Assembly: GCA_965242965.1 (NCBI GenBank)
Contig: OZ251518.1
Coordinates: forward strand, 3,872,001-3,936,000
DNA length: 64,000 bases
Reading direction: 5' to 3'
From: Candidatus Poribacteria bacterium
Lineage (GTDB): Bacteria > Poribacteria > WGA-4E > WGA-3G
Part shown: positions 1 to 10,262 of the stretch, one piece after another
How positions within the stretch are numbered: the stretch's first letter is position 1
Layout of the letters: the number at the start of each line of letters is the position of its first letter
The notes under the pieces: model-generated
Database searches by the model: none
Told to the model about the DNA's origin: nothing
Seen by the model: the letters and a program-made list of their open reading frames with translations, nothing else
Program-made: the position numbers and the translations under genes

Positions 1-895
1 GGTTCAGTTCCTCGGCGGCGAGGAGCGTCGTGCCGCAACCACAGAACGGATCTAGCACTAAGTCGCCTTCGTTGCTAGATGCCTCGATGATGCGCTTATA
101 GAGTGCTATCGGCTTCTGTGTCGGATAACCGGCGCGTTCGGAATCGGTGCTATTCAACGTCGGCAGGATCCACCAATCGTTCGCCATTTTGCCTTCGTCG
201 GCATAATAGCGATAGATTTTCCCACCTGCCCGCGAGGTGCGATAACGCCGTCCAGATTCATCATAGTATCGGTAATCGCGCTCCAATTCTTCCGCAGAAT
301 GTGGGACACGATACCCGTTGAAATGGCACACTGCAGATTTCGCGTAGAAGTAAATCACATCGTGCTTTCTGGAAAAGGTCTTTTTCGACCTGCCGCTGGA
401 ATCATAGCACCACACTATCTCGTTTTTGAAATGTTGATGCCCAAATACCGCATCCATTAGGATTTTCAGATAGTGGCTCGCGGCCGGGTCGCAGTGAAGA
501 TAAATTGAACCCGTTGGTTTGAGGATCCGGTGCATCTCCACGAGACGGATGCCCATCATCGCTAAATACGCCATCATCGGAGTTTGCTTTAAGAACTTTT
601 GGAGTCCTTCAATCGTCTCGCCTATCGCGCCGCCGACATCACAGATGAGTTCCTCACACGCGGCTTCCGCAGCGTCTCCCCATTTCCACGTATCCGTGAA
701 CGCCTTGACAAGCGTATCGGGTGCCTTGCCATGCTCGTCACGATAAGGCACGAAATAGTTGCGCTTGGAGTTGAATGGCGGGTCTGACGCGATAAGAGCC
801 ACTATATTGTCTGGAAATTTGCGCATCTCTTCCAAGTTATCGCCGCGGATGAGGGTTCGGTTCGGTAGTTGGGTATTTTCAAAGAGAAATTGCAT
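1..895 (-). CDS. Site-specific DNA methyltransferase (N4/N6, beta class), 3' end runs off the window
   Basis: Not in the ORF track. Manual translation from ATG 895 gives MQFLFENTQLPNRTLIRGDNLEEM...ASDPPFNSKRNY...AFTDTWKW and ends VLDPFCGCGTTLLAAEELN (DPPF followed by FxGxG). Confidence 0.9.
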   Translation of the reverse strand, partial: MQFLFENTQLPNRTLIRGDNLEEMRKFPDNIVALIASDPPFNSKRNYFVPYRDEHGKAPDTLVKAFTDTWKWGDAAEAACEELICDVGGAIGETIEGLQKFLKQTPMMAYLAMMGIRLVEMHRILKPTGSIYLHCDPAASHYLKILMDAVFGHQHFKNEIVWCYDSSGRSKKTFSRKHDVIYFYAKSAVCHFNGYRVPHSAEELERDYRYYDESGRRYRTSRAGGKIYRYYADEGKMANDWWILPTLNSTDSERAGYPTQKPIALYKRIIEASSNEGDLVLDPFCGCGTTLLAAEELN

Positions 896-950
896 GTTTT
901 TAGAAATCGGTAGGCGCGGTTTGAAAGCGCGCATACCCGGGAGGTTCCAC

Positions 951-1616
951 CTACCGGTCTGCCCTGGGACAATAGATCAGGTGTTTTCCCAAGAGTTGCT
1001 GTTTGCCGTCCGTGAAGACAACCTTCCCGCAGTGTGAACAGGTTAGGACTGCCGCAGCTGCACCGCTTGAAACGGCGAGGAATCCAACCAGAAGAATGAC
1101 TGCAGCAATGCACTTCGGATGAAAACGTGTAAAGAGGGCTGCCGCTTTGGCATCTTGACGGTTTGGCGAGAACATATATTTGCCTTGATACCGTGTTGAC
1201 GGGCCGTAGTAGAACAGGGAATAAACACCGATGCCTCGCGCGCCGATAGCGACAACCCCCATTGAATGCGCGCCGATAGCGATAACGCCAAAAGCATTCC
1301 CGCCAACGGCAACAATCCCAATGGCGTTCATACTACCGATAGCAACAACTCCAACGGCGTTACACGCGCTGATGGCAACAATCCCCAAGCCGTTGACGAG
1401 CCCGATAGTGATGAGCCCGAACATGTTCATACCTACAGCAATAAACCTGAAATCGAACTCCATCCAATCTCGGTTCGTAAAAAACGGCGTGAATTGCCAT
1501 AGGTAAACGTAAAGCAGTAATACCGCACCTATCAGAATTCCCCAAACGATGATGAGTTTCTGAAAATGGGGTTTGAATTCGGCTTTGAAGTTTTCCGGTG
1601 TGTAGGTTGCTTGCAT
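951..1616 (-). CDS. Membrane protein with Gly-rich ~10-aa GxxAIG repeats
   Basis: ORF 951-1772, but its N-terminus is REP-derived, so the likely start is MQATY at 1616. Hydrophobic helices and GVVAIG/GIVAVG/GVIAIG/GVVAIG repeats. Confidence 0.65.
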   Translation of the reverse strand: MQATYTPENFKAEFKPHFQKLIIVWGILIGAVLLLYVYLWQFTPFFTNRDWMEFDFRFIAVGMNMFGLITIGLVNGLGIVAISACNAVGVVAIGSMNAIGIVAVGGNAFGVIAIGAHSMGVVAIGARGIGVYSLFYYGPSTRYQGKYMFSPNRQDAKAAALFTRFHPKCIAAVILLVGFLAVSSGAAAAVLTCSHCGKVVFTDGKQQLLGKHLIYCPRADR

Positions 1617-1664
1617 TTCTGTAATTCCACTAGAAACACTCAACAAGTCTGATAGCGATGTTCC

Positions 1665-2075
1665 CGGTAGGAGAGACCTCCCGGGCTCGATGCAATAGGA
1701 CGGCTCGCCTACCGGGGCCGCAGCGGCAGAAGGTCCCCCTTCATCGTAGGGCGGGGGCCTGTCCCTCGCCATCGTTCACGCGCCAGGCCCTGTAGTTCAG
1801 GATCGCCAGATCCTGACCTGTTTGTGATCAGGCGATCACAAACTACAGCGAGGGAAACATACATCCTGACGATGGAGATCGCGGGGGAAACCCTCTCGGA
1901 TGCGCGTATGGCATCCGAGGGCCCCGCGCTCCGATAAAAAACGGTGCTTGAGCCATCGCGGGGGAAACCCTCTCGGATGCGCGTATGGCATCCGAGGGCC
2001 CCCGCGCTACGGGAACATCGAGACCAGGAGGTCTCTCCTACCGGGAAGACCTCAAGACCAGGAAGTCTCTCCTAG
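1665..2075. repeat. Composite REP-like palindrome cluster
   Basis: Contains GTAGGAGAGACCTCCCGG, GTAGGGCGGGGGCCTGTCCCTCGCC and GTAGTTCAGGATCGCCAGATCCTGA units. Confidence 0.85.
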
Positions 2076-3152
2076 TCAAGAAGAAATCCAACCGCCGCCG
2101 ATAACGTAGTCCCCATCGTAAAAGACGGTGGCCTGGCCCGGCGTAATTGCCCGGCGCGGTTCGTCAAACTTCACGACAGCCTCCGTGTCACTGACTGGAG
2201 AAATCGTGGCGATGCCGCCTTCATCGCGGGAACGGATTTTGACGGTGGCACGAATCGGATCCGTTAACCTGTCAATCGCAATGAGGTTTATCTGCTCAAC
2301 GTGCATTGTGTCTGCCAAGAGTTCATCCGATTCCCCAACGACGACGGTATTCTCCGAAGCGTTGAGTTGTGTCACGTAGAGCGGCTTTCCTGCGGCGATG
2401 CCCAACCCGCGCCGTTGTCCAACCGTGTAAAACGGCACCCCTTGGTGCTGTCCGAGGACCTTGCCACCTTTATCCACAATATCGCCGCCGGCGATTTTCT
2501 CCGGCACCCTGTCTTGCAGAAAGCGTCGGTAGTTGGTATCGGCGACGAAGCAGAGTTCTTGGCTCTCGTCCTTTTCAGCGGTGCGGAGTTGATACTTCCG
2601 TGCGAGTTCGCGCACTTGTGCCTTAGTATAGTCACCGAGGGGCATCAGCGCGCGGCGGAGTTGCTCCTGTGTCAGCGCGGCGAGGAAATAGGACTGGTCC
2701 TTCTCAGGATTCAGTGCCTTGCACAATAGCGCGCGGCCTGTCTCCGGGTGCCGTTCAATGCGCGCGTAATGTCCTGTCGCGATGAAGTCGCACTCCAGCG
2801 TATCGGCTAGCGCGAGAAGTTTGCCGAACTTCAGTTCGCGGTTGCACACCATGCACGGGCTCGGTGTCCTGCCGGCGAGGTATTCCTCCACGAAGTAGTC
2901 GATAATCTGCTCGCGGAAAATATCCTCGTAGTTGACACCGTAGAAGGGAATGCCGAGTTGCGTGGCGACGCGGCGCGCGTCCTCAATGCCTTCTAGCGAA
3001 CAGCAGTTGGGACGTTCAGGTTCAACTTCGATTGTATCAGGCGCGCCGAGGCGCATGGTGATGCCGATGACATCGTGCCCCGCGTCTACCATCATGGCGG
3101 CAGTGACGGAACTATCCACGCCACCGCTCATCGCAACCAGAATCTTTGACAT
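2076..3152 (-). CDS. mnmA: tRNA-specific 2-thiouridylase MnmA
   Basis: AMSGGVDS, PSPCMVCN, ATGHYAR, KDQSYFL, ESQELCF and TPGQ motifs; start taken at MSKILV. Confidence 0.96.
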   Translation of the reverse strand: MSKILVAMSGGVDSSVTAAMMVDAGHDVIGITMRLGAPDTIEVEPERPNCCSLEGIEDARRVATQLGIPFYGVNYEDIFREQIIDYFVEEYLAGRTPSPCMVCNRELKFGKLLALADTLECDFIATGHYARIERHPETGRALLCKALNPEKDQSYFLAALTQEQLRRALMPLGDYTKAQVRELARKYQLRTAEKDESQELCFVADTNYRRFLQDRVPEKIAGGDIVDKGGKVLGQHQGVPFYTVGQRRGLGIAAGKPLYVTQLNASENTVVVGESDELLADTMHVEQINLIAIDRLTDPIRATVKIRSRDEGGIATISPVSDTEAVVKFDEPRRAITPGQATVFYDGDYVIGGGWISS

Positions 3153-3229
3153 GGGTGTGTTTCCGGTGTTACGTTCAATACCGTAGTTCGCGAGGGACAG
3201 GCCCTCGCGCTCCGGGTCAAAGGCGGTTT

Positions 3230-4396
3230 TTAGGCCACCTGCCACTCTTCATTGCCGGCGTAACGTTCCGCGTAGACATCTTCGTTCAATTCCAGGCCGA
3301 GGCCGGGTGTCTCCGGCACCGTAAAAAAGCCGTCCGTAAACTCATAGCCGGAGGTATCCACGACATCGCTGGTGAGTGTCGCTACCTCGCCATAGAGGAA
3401 ATGCGGAATCGTCTTCCCGAATTGGAGACTGAGGAAGAAACCGAGCAGCGAGCCCCAGTTATGCGGCGCGCATTGGACATTCGCTGCTGCAGCCATATCG
3501 GCAAGTCGCCGCCAGCCGCTCACGCCAAGCCCTTTCATATCGTGTTGGATGACATCAATAACACCGGCATCAAAAAACGGTTCATAGAATTCAAGCGGTT
3601 CCCGCGTGCGGGTTTCGCCATCGGCGATGAGCGTTTTCAACCCCTTCTCCTGAATCCACGCCTTGAGGTTGCGGTATAACTCGACATCCTCGTCAAACAT
3701 CTCCTCGATCCAAAACACATCGCAATCGCGAGTTTCGGTGAGGAAAGTAATCACTTCGTCGTAGGTATACGCATTGTTTGCATCGACGAGGATGTTGAAC
3801 TCTTCGCCGGCGGTGCTGCGCGCGAGCCGAACGAGTTCGATGTCGCGATGGAGTCCCGCCTTGCGTTCCATGAGATGGTTACCGCGCCCCATCTTCATTT
3901 TGCAGGCGACAAACCCGTTGGCGAGGCTGCTTTTGACATCGTCTTCGATGCGTTTGAGCCCCTCAGCCTTCGTGTCATACAGCAGGTCATTGAAGTAAAT
4001 AGTGCTGTCGTAAGCGGGGAGACTGGTGCCGTGTGTCTCCGTGCCCATCAGTTGATACGCGGGCTTACCGAGGATGCGGCCGAGGGTATCCCACAGCGCG
4101 TTTTCAAGCCCGCGAAATTCCTCAACGACTCCCTGTTCCGGGTTCAGGAGCTCAAACGGGTTTCGGTTGAGAGCACCTTGCGCGGCTTCCGCGGTAGTCG
4201 TGCCCCAGCTGCCTGCACCCCATCCGAGCGTTCCATCGTTTGTCTGGATGCGGATGATGCGTTCATTCCACTTCCCGTTCGGATCCGGCTGGACGATTTC
4301 CTTCGCACCGGAGTTGCAACCGATAGCAGGCTGGTCGATCTGGAGGATAACCTGCTCAATTTGCGTAATCTTGATGTCCTTCGGATAGTTCTGCAT
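3230..4396 (-). CDS. Mandelate racemase/enolase-superfamily dehydratase
   Basis: ENALWD, KMKMG, VDANNAY, WIEEMF, ADGE and APHNW motifs; the upstream ORF extension is REP-derived. Confidence 0.88.
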   Translation of the reverse strand: MQNYPKDIKITQIEQVILQIDQPAIGCNSGAKEIVQPDPNGKWNERIIRIQTNDGTLGWGAGSWGTTTAEAAQGALNRNPFELLNPEQGVVEEFRGLENALWDTLGRILGKPAYQLMGTETHGTSLPAYDSTIYFNDLLYDTKAEGLKRIEDDVKSSLANGFVACKMKMGRGNHLMERKAGLHRDIELVRLARSTAGEEFNILVDANNAYTYDEVITFLTETRDCDVFWIEEMFDEDVELYRNLKAWIQEKGLKTLIADGETRTREPLEFYEPFFDAGVIDVIQHDMKGLGVSGWRRLADMAAAANVQCAPHNWGSLLGFFLSLQFGKTIPHFLYGEVATLTSDVVDTSGYEFTDGFFTVPETPGLGLELNEDVYAERYAGNEEWQVA

Positions 4397-4419
4397 GAAT
4401 ATGCTCCTGATGAAACGTC

Positions 4420-4860
4420 GCGGTGAAAAAAACGCCGCCCTTTCCCGTAGGACGAGGGCCTGTCCCTCGCCATGCGTTGGTGAAAAAAACGCTTCCCCTT
4501 CCCGTAGGGCGAGGGCCTGTCCCTCGCCATGCATTGGTGAAAAAAACGCTTCCCCTTCCCGTAGGGCGAGGGCCTGTCCCTCGCCGTGCGGCGATCGCGG
4601 GGGACAGGCCCCCGCGCTACGGTGAAAAACGTCTCTCTTTCACCGTAGGGCGTTGGGAAAACCTGTCCCTCGCCGTGCGGCGATCGCGGGGGACAGGCCC
4701 CCGCGCTACGGTAAAAAACAGTCCCCTTCACCGTAGGGCGAGATCCTGACCCGTTCGGGAGCGGGCGCTCCCGAACTACAGAGGTGCCCGATCCTTTCTG
4801 GTATTCGCCCGCCCTCCCAGGCGGGATAAATACCGAAACGGGGTGATGAAACACCCTCAC
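4420..4860. repeat. REP cluster with three tandem ~57-bp units and an ~85-bp element ending ATGAAACACCCTC
   Basis: Tandem TGAAAAAAACGCTTCCCCTTCCCGTAGGGCGAGGGCCTGTCCCTCGCC units; 4776-4858 is an inverted copy of 8081-8165. Confidence 0.85.
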
Positions 4861-4865
4861 GTTAT

Positions 4866-6056
4866 TCACTCCAACACGAGGAGGAGTTCGTTCAGCGCGA
4901 CCTTCACCATGTCGTTGCTTTCTTTCGTCCGGAAATAGTCATCAAGTTTGTGCGGCAGATTATCGTACTGGTCTGCCGCTTGAATCTGCTTCAGCAAGGC
5001 AGGCTTTTTCAGGAGTTGCGCGATGCGGAGCCTGTCCTTATGCTCAGCAATTTCAGTCTCGGTTAACAGGGTGATTAACCGTCCGGCTAACCCATCTGCG
5101 AGTCCTGTTTCCGCGTAAAGGTTCAGCGTATCAAGGAACACCTGCTTCGTATGCGTAGTGGAATCGCTCGTCAGCGCGCCGATGAGGTTATCCACTGCGC
5201 TAGCATCGGTATGCTTCTGTAGTGCTTCTGCGGCGTATAACCGCACGGTGTCATCGCTATCCTTGAGCTCCTTGATTAGCTCCGCGGTCGGCGGTTGAGT
5301 GAGCGCGACCATCGCCTTCGCGGCGGCACGCCGGACGGTAACGTCACTGTCGTCAAGTCCTGCGATGATTTTGTCTTGATACGCCTTGTTGCCGAGCAGA
5401 TAGAGCGCGGTGTTGATTTCCATCTGTAACCCCGCGTGCGATGTCGCCTTGCGGAGCGATTCCAAGCCGGTGGTAGCGGCGGTATCGCCGATGTCGCCGA
5501 TGATTCGGACGAGTTGCGTCTTCACGGCAGTCGGCGTAGTCGCCTCGCCCGCGGTGGCGAGGAGCTGTTCGACGGCTTTGGAGCCCATCTCGGTTAAGAT
5601 TTGCACCAAGTCGCCGTGGATGTGCTTATAGCGGCCCTTCACCAGGTCCTCCAAGATGAAGGGGACCGCGGGCGCGCCTTTATCGACAAGGATTTGCATG
5701 GCGGATTTCTGGACGCGGTGGCGTTCGTCAAGAATTTGCAGAATTTTCTTCATCTCATATTCGCCGAGTTCCAGAATCCGCCGGTTGCGTTCGGTTTGGT
5801 ATTCAGCTTCTACATGGTGAGCTTTCGCCATGTTTTCATCAATCGCGTAGCCGTAAGCAATAACCAACAGGGCCCGAGGTTCCACTTTGTTTGCCTCTTC
5901 TATTTCGGCGCGCTTGAGATGCTCTACAGCCTCCAGCGCGAGGCCCGCGTCCAGCAATTTCGCTCTCCCTACTTCCAGCTGGGTAATAACTTGTTTCTGC
6001 TGACAGCCGATGCTTACGACGGCGATAAGCAGCAGTATCGTCAAAACTCTTTTCAT
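4866..6056 (-). CDS. HEAT-repeat lipoprotein
   Basis: Lipobox VSIGC after MKRVLTILL; HEAT motifs DSDVTVRRAAAKA and DSDDTVRLYAAEAL. Confidence 0.85.
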   Translation of the reverse strand: MKRVLTILLLIAVVSIGCQQKQVITQLEVGRAKLLDAGLALEAVEHLKRAEIEEANKVEPRALLVIAYGYAIDENMAKAHHVEAEYQTERNRRILELGEYEMKKILQILDERHRVQKSAMQILVDKGAPAVPFILEDLVKGRYKHIHGDLVQILTEMGSKAVEQLLATAGEATTPTAVKTQLVRIIGDIGDTAATTGLESLRKATSHAGLQMEINTALYLLGNKAYQDKIIAGLDDSDVTVRRAAAKAMVALTQPPTAELIKELKDSDDTVRLYAAEALQKHTDASAVDNLIGALTSDSTTHTKQVFLDTLNLYAETGLADGLAGRLITLLTETEIAEHKDRLRIAQLLKKPALLKQIQAADQYDNLPHKLDDYFRTKESNDMVKVALNELLLVLE

Positions 6057-6167
6057 CTTCCGTTTACATTTCCTCCTGGATTCTCGTAACTTTGGCCCGC
6101 CTATCCGTGCGCCCTGCATTTGCGTCAGCGCGCCTTCGCGGATAAAGCGAACGCGATGTTGACAAAC

Positions 6168-6196
6168 ATGTTACAATAAATCCGTTTTTATGTCAA
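6168..6196 (-). promoter_or_regulatory. Sigma70-like promoter for the 6056 gene
   Basis: TTGACA-17-TAACAT on the minus strand. Confidence 0.55.
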
Positions 6197-6254
6197 GAAA
6201 ATTAATCAATTTTGCAATAACTGAGCTCTCAGGTTTCAATAGATGCGATATTGC

Positions 6255-6725
6255 AGTAGGCGCGCCCTCCCTGTTTGCCGTAGGAGAGACCTCCCGGTCT
6301 CGATGCAATTAGGTAGGAGAGACCTCCCGGTCTCGATGTGGTTCGTATCGGGACAAGGATGTCCCTCCTACAGCAGAGGTATCGGGACAAGGATGTCCCT
6401 CCTACGGCAAGCGGTGAAAAAAACGCCTCTCCTTCACGTAGGGCTTGGGCCCTCGGATGCCACACGCGCATCCGAGCGGGTTTCCCTCGCCGTGCATCGA
6501 TCGGGAAAACGGCGTTGGTTGGCGTGCGTTTTTCGCGCAGGTCGGGCGATCGCGGGGGACAGGCCCCCGCGCTACGGCGAAAAAAACGTTCCGTTTCCCG
6601 TAGGGCGAGGGCCTGTCCCTCGCCATGCGCCGGTCGTGAAAGCAAACGTCCGTGGTCTCTGGTCTTCGGACGTTTTTCGTTTTGGTCGAGCGATCGCGGG
6701 GGACAGGCCCCCGCGCTACGAAAAA
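6255..6725. repeat. Composite REP cluster
   Basis: Contains GTAGGAGAGACC..., ATCGGGACAAGGATGTCCCTCCTAC and CGCGGGGGACAGGCCCCCGCGCTAC units. Confidence 0.85.
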
Positions 6726-6742
6726 GTGGGGTTTCCGCAGTC

Positions 6743-7942
6743 TTACGGCGAGAGCAATTCCAGCAACTGCGACAGCGTGGTTTTCACCTGTGCGCTCCCC
6801 TCAACTTTTTGATAGTATTCGTAGAGTTTCGCCTCCAATTGGTAAACCGAAGCAGTAGCATGAATCTGCTTGCGCAGCGGTTCCCGTTTGAGAAGCAGCA
6901 CGAGATGGAGCCGGTTGTTCGCGTCGCTCACCTCCCCGTTAGTGAGGAGTGTGGTAACGCGATTGGCTAACGTTTTTGCCAATCGGTTCGCGGCGTAAAT
7001 CTCAAGCGTGTCAATAGCGGCTTGCTTCGGTTCTTTGCCGAGTTCACCTGTGAGGATGTCTATCAACGCATCGACAGCGGCGGCATCCCGATGTTTTTCG
7101 AGAGCTTTCACTAAGTCCGTGACGACTTCCTCATCGCTATCTTTTAGCCCAGCGATGAGGCTTTTCGGCGGCACATCGCTGAGGTTCACCATCGCCTTCG
7201 CGGCGGCACGCCGAACGACGACATCGCTATCGCCTAACCCCGCGAGGATGGCATCCTGATAAGCAACCTCGCCGAGTTGATAGAGCGTCGTGTTAATCTC
7301 CATCGTCAACCCGGCTTCCATCGTCGTTTGTTGCAGGGATTTGAGCGCAGCCACCGCCTGTTCATCGCCGATGTCTGCGATGACGCGGACTAGTTTCGTC
7401 TTGACAGGTGCCGGTGTTGTCTCCGCAGCGAGTGTCTCCAGAATCATGTCGAGCCCCTCGCTGCCTATCTCGACCAGCATCGCGGTGAAGTTTTCGTGGA
7501 GGCTCGGGTATCTCCCTTTCACGAGACTTTCCAGCATCAGCGCGACTGCCGGTGTGCCTTTGTCGACAAGCACCTGCAAACCGGCGATTCGGATGCGCGA
7601 CGGCTGTCTAAGCGTCTCCAAGATGGACTTCATTTCCGCGTCGGTGAGTGCCGCTATCCGTTGCGCGCGTTGATTTTTGTATTTCGCCTCAACGCCGTGG
7701 CTGCGCGCGCTTTTATCGGCGAGCCCGTGCGAATAAGCGAGCAGCAGGAGCGCGCGCGGCTCCACCTTATTTACTTCTTCTTCCTCCGCCTTTTCGAGAT
7801 GTTTCACTGCTTCCAGCGCGAGGCCGCTGTCGACCAGTTTGCTTTTGCCTACGGATAGATTGCTTGGGCCCTTCTGCTTCGTCTCACAGCCAAAACATAC
7901 CATCAGTAGTGCAATTATTGGGATGATGACAAATTTTTTCAT
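6743..7942 (-). CDS. HEAT-repeat lipoprotein, paralog of 4866-6056
   Basis: Lipobox CFGC; near-identical blocks LALEAVxHL, EExNKVEPRALL and DSDVxVRRAAAKAMV. Confidence 0.85.
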   Translation of the reverse strand: MKKFVIIPIIALLMVCFGCETKQKGPSNLSVGKSKLVDSGLALEAVKHLEKAEEEEVNKVEPRALLLLAYSHGLADKSARSHGVEAKYKNQRAQRIAALTDAEMKSILETLRQPSRIRIAGLQVLVDKGTPAVALMLESLVKGRYPSLHENFTAMLVEIGSEGLDMILETLAAETTPAPVKTKLVRVIADIGDEQAVAALKSLQQTTMEAGLTMEINTTLYQLGEVAYQDAILAGLGDSDVVVRRAAAKAMVNLSDVPPKSLIAGLKDSDEEVVTDLVKALEKHRDAAAVDALIDILTGELGKEPKQAAIDTLEIYAANRLAKTLANRVTTLLTNGEVSDANNRLHLVLLLKREPLRKQIHATASVYQLEAKLYEYYQKVEGSAQVKTTLSQLLELLSP

Positions 7943-8080
7943 TCAGTCCTATTTTCCTCCTCAGGATAGTCTGGTGTGCATGGCCAAAAAACTGTCTGGT
8001 GTGTATGGCCAAAAAACTTTTTGGATAGCATAGCATAACGTGAAAAAAATTGCAAAAAAAGAGGGTTGGGTTACTGAACT

Positions 8081-8775
8081 GAGGGTGTTTCCTAACTCCG
8101 TTTCGGTATTTATCTTGCCTTGGCGGGAGGGTGAATACCGGCAGGCATCGGGCCTACCTCTGTAGTTTGTGATCGCCTAATCACAACCGGGTCAGGAGCA
8201 GGCGCTCCTGAACTACAGGGCCTGGCGCGAAAACGATGGCGAGGGACAGGCCCTCGCCCTACGATGAAGGGGAGGCGTTTTTTTTCGTAGCGCGGGGGCC
8301 TGTCCCCTGCGATGGTTGGAGTGCGCGAGCAATGGCGAGGGACAGGCCCTCGCCCTACGGTGAAGGGGGCGGCGTTTTTTTCACCGTAGCGCGGGGGCCT
8401 GTCCCCCGCGAGCGTTGGAGTGCGCGAGCAATGGCGAGGGACAGGCCCTCGCCCTACGGTGAGGGGGTGGCGTTTTTTCACCGTAGCGCGGGGGCCTGTC
8501 CCCCGCGTTGGCCATCGTCAAGCGGTGGCGTTTTAGGGCCTTTAGGACCTAAGAGACGTTTTTTATCGTAGCGCGGGGCCCTCGGATGCCACACGCGCAT
8601 CCGAGAGGGTTTCCCCCGCGAGCGTCGGAGTGCGCGTGCGATGGCGAGGGACAGGCCCTCGCCCTACGGGGAAGGCGGCGTTCTTTCGCGTGCTAGATGG
8701 CGAGGGACAGGCCCTCGCCCTACGGTGAGGGGGCGGCGTTTTTTCACCGTAGCGCGGGGCTGTCCCCGCGTCGCG
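8081..8775. repeat. Composite REP cluster starting GAGGGTGTTTC
   Basis: Alternating GCGAGGGACAGGCCCTCGCCCTAC and GTAGCGCGGGGGCCTGTCCCCCGCG doublets. Confidence 0.9.
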
Positions 8776-8786
8776 CGCTGCCATCA

Positions 8787-10262
8787 CTAAATCAACCAGA
8801 CCTGCTCCTCACCATGATGCATCGCCGCCTGCTGGCGCGTGTCAACCATCCATTGCTGCGGCAGGATAATCTCTGGCACCCCAGTGTGGAAATACCTATC
8901 CGTGAGATGCCAAAACTGCAGCCGCGGCACCCGAGTCTTCCCCAACGTCAAGAACCCTTCCCGCGCCGCCTGCACTCGCATCCCCTCGGTAGGGACCGTG
9001 AGCGTGACGAAAATACCCAAGTCTGCACCCTGGTCACGCATCGCCGTGCGGAAATCGCGCAGCATCCCCCGATGCAGATTCTTACCCGATTTCACTTCCA
9101 CTAAAATGTGCGTATACTGCTCAACGCCGTCCTTGACATGCGTCAGCACGCTGCCACGGCCATCAAACCCATCGTCACCCGTTTTCCGCGTGACAGCAAT
9201 CTTCGGCAGCAATCCAATCACCCATGTCTCAAATCCGAATCTATCTATCTCGGCGAGTTTTATCGCGTCTTGTAGACTCTGCGGATACCCATGCACCTCA
9301 TAGTCAACCCCGCGCGTGAACGTCTCCGGATGCCGTTGCTGCATCCGGCGGAGAATCGGTTCAATCGCCAAAATCGTTTTATCTATCCCAATCCACCGGC
9401 GGCCTAAGCCGTGCGCCGCGTCAAGCGTTGTCCCGCACCCACAGAACGGATCTAACACCACATCGCCGGGCACTGAGGAAGCATGGAGAAGCAGTTCCAA
9501 CAACCTTATCGGTTTCTGCGTCTCATACCCCAACTTTTCTTTCCCGCCTGTCAACATCGGAATCTGAAGCACGTTATCCCGCAGTTTTTCCGTGCTGACT
9601 ACGTATTCTACCTGTCCCTGCGCGTCTCGCACCGTCACCTTTTTCCCATCCACCTTCTTAATGCGAGGATACTTTTTCGGCACGTCCCGCGCTTCATATT
9701 GCGGCTGGAAGGTATAGTCGTCAGACTTCGTATAGAAGAGCAGCGTATCTGTCGCCGCTTGCCAAACACGCTTGCGGCTGTCTCGCAACTTATTAGTATA
9801 ATGCCAAATCACCTCGTTGCGGAAGTTGTCATATCCGAAAATGTTGTCCACGATCACCTTCAGATAATGCGACATCTTCGCATCGCAGTGCAGATAGAAA
9901 CTGCCTGTCTCCTTGAGGACGCGATGGATATGACACAGGCGCGGTGCCATGAACGCCAGATACGCCATCTGCCGCGAGTCCCCCTGAATTCGCCAAAAGG
10001 ATTCTAAGAGTTGGGCTGTTTCAGGATAGTCCTGTGCCAGTTCGTCTTGGAGGTAGCGATAGTCTCGTTCTGCGGCTTCTCCCCATTTCCATGTATCGGT
10101 ATACGCCTGCGTTTGCGTCTGGCTGCGTGTGCCTTTTGCATGCAAGAAGACGTTGTAGTCGCGTCCGGTGCCGAAGGGTGGGTCGGCGTAACAATAATCG
10201 ACGGTGTTGTCGGACATGTCTTGCATGACGCTGAGGTTGTCGCCGAAGTAGAGGTGGTTCAT
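8787..10262 (-). CDS. DNA methyltransferase fused to a C-terminal Mrr-like PD-(D/E)xK endonuclease domain
   Basis: YADPPF, TQKP and VLDPFCGCGTT motifs; C-terminus FETWV...GDDGFDG...VEVKSG. Confidence 0.9.
   Translation of the reverse strand: MNHLYFGDNLSVMQDMSDNTVDYCYADPPFGTGRDYNVFLHAKGTRSQTQTQAYTDTWKWGEAAERDYRYLQDELAQDYPETAQLLESFWRIQGDSRQMAYLAFMAPRLCHIHRVLKETGSFYLHCDAKMSHYLKVIVDNIFGYDNFRNEVIWHYTNKLRDSRKRVWQAATDTLLFYTKSDDYTFQPQYEARDVPKKYPRIKKVDGKKVTVRDAQGQVEYVVSTEKLRDNVLQIPMLTGGKEKLGYETQKPIRLLELLLHASSVPGDVVLDPFCGCGTTLDAAHGLGRRWIGIDKTILAIEPILRRMQQRHPETFTRGVDYEVHGYPQSLQDAIKLAEIDRFGFETWVIGLLPKIAVTRKTGDDGFDGRGSVLTHVKDGVEQYTHILVEVKSGKNLHRGMLRDFRTAMRDQGADLGIFVTLTVPTEGMRVQAAREGFLTLGKTRVPRLQFWHLTDRYFHTGVPEIILPQQWMVDTRQQAAMHHGEEQVWLI

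Noticed and set aside
4420-4590. CRISPR-like tandem repeats
   Set aside because: The intervening sequences are near-identical, the repeat is the dispersed REP, and there are no cas genes.
6229-6970. ORFs containing MARDRPSPYG / VARGPVPR / RRARACPSP (also near 4144, 8110-8787, 16591, 21589, 23368, 32146, 44129, 51142-52417)
   Set aside because: These are translations of REP DNA in several frames, not credible genes.
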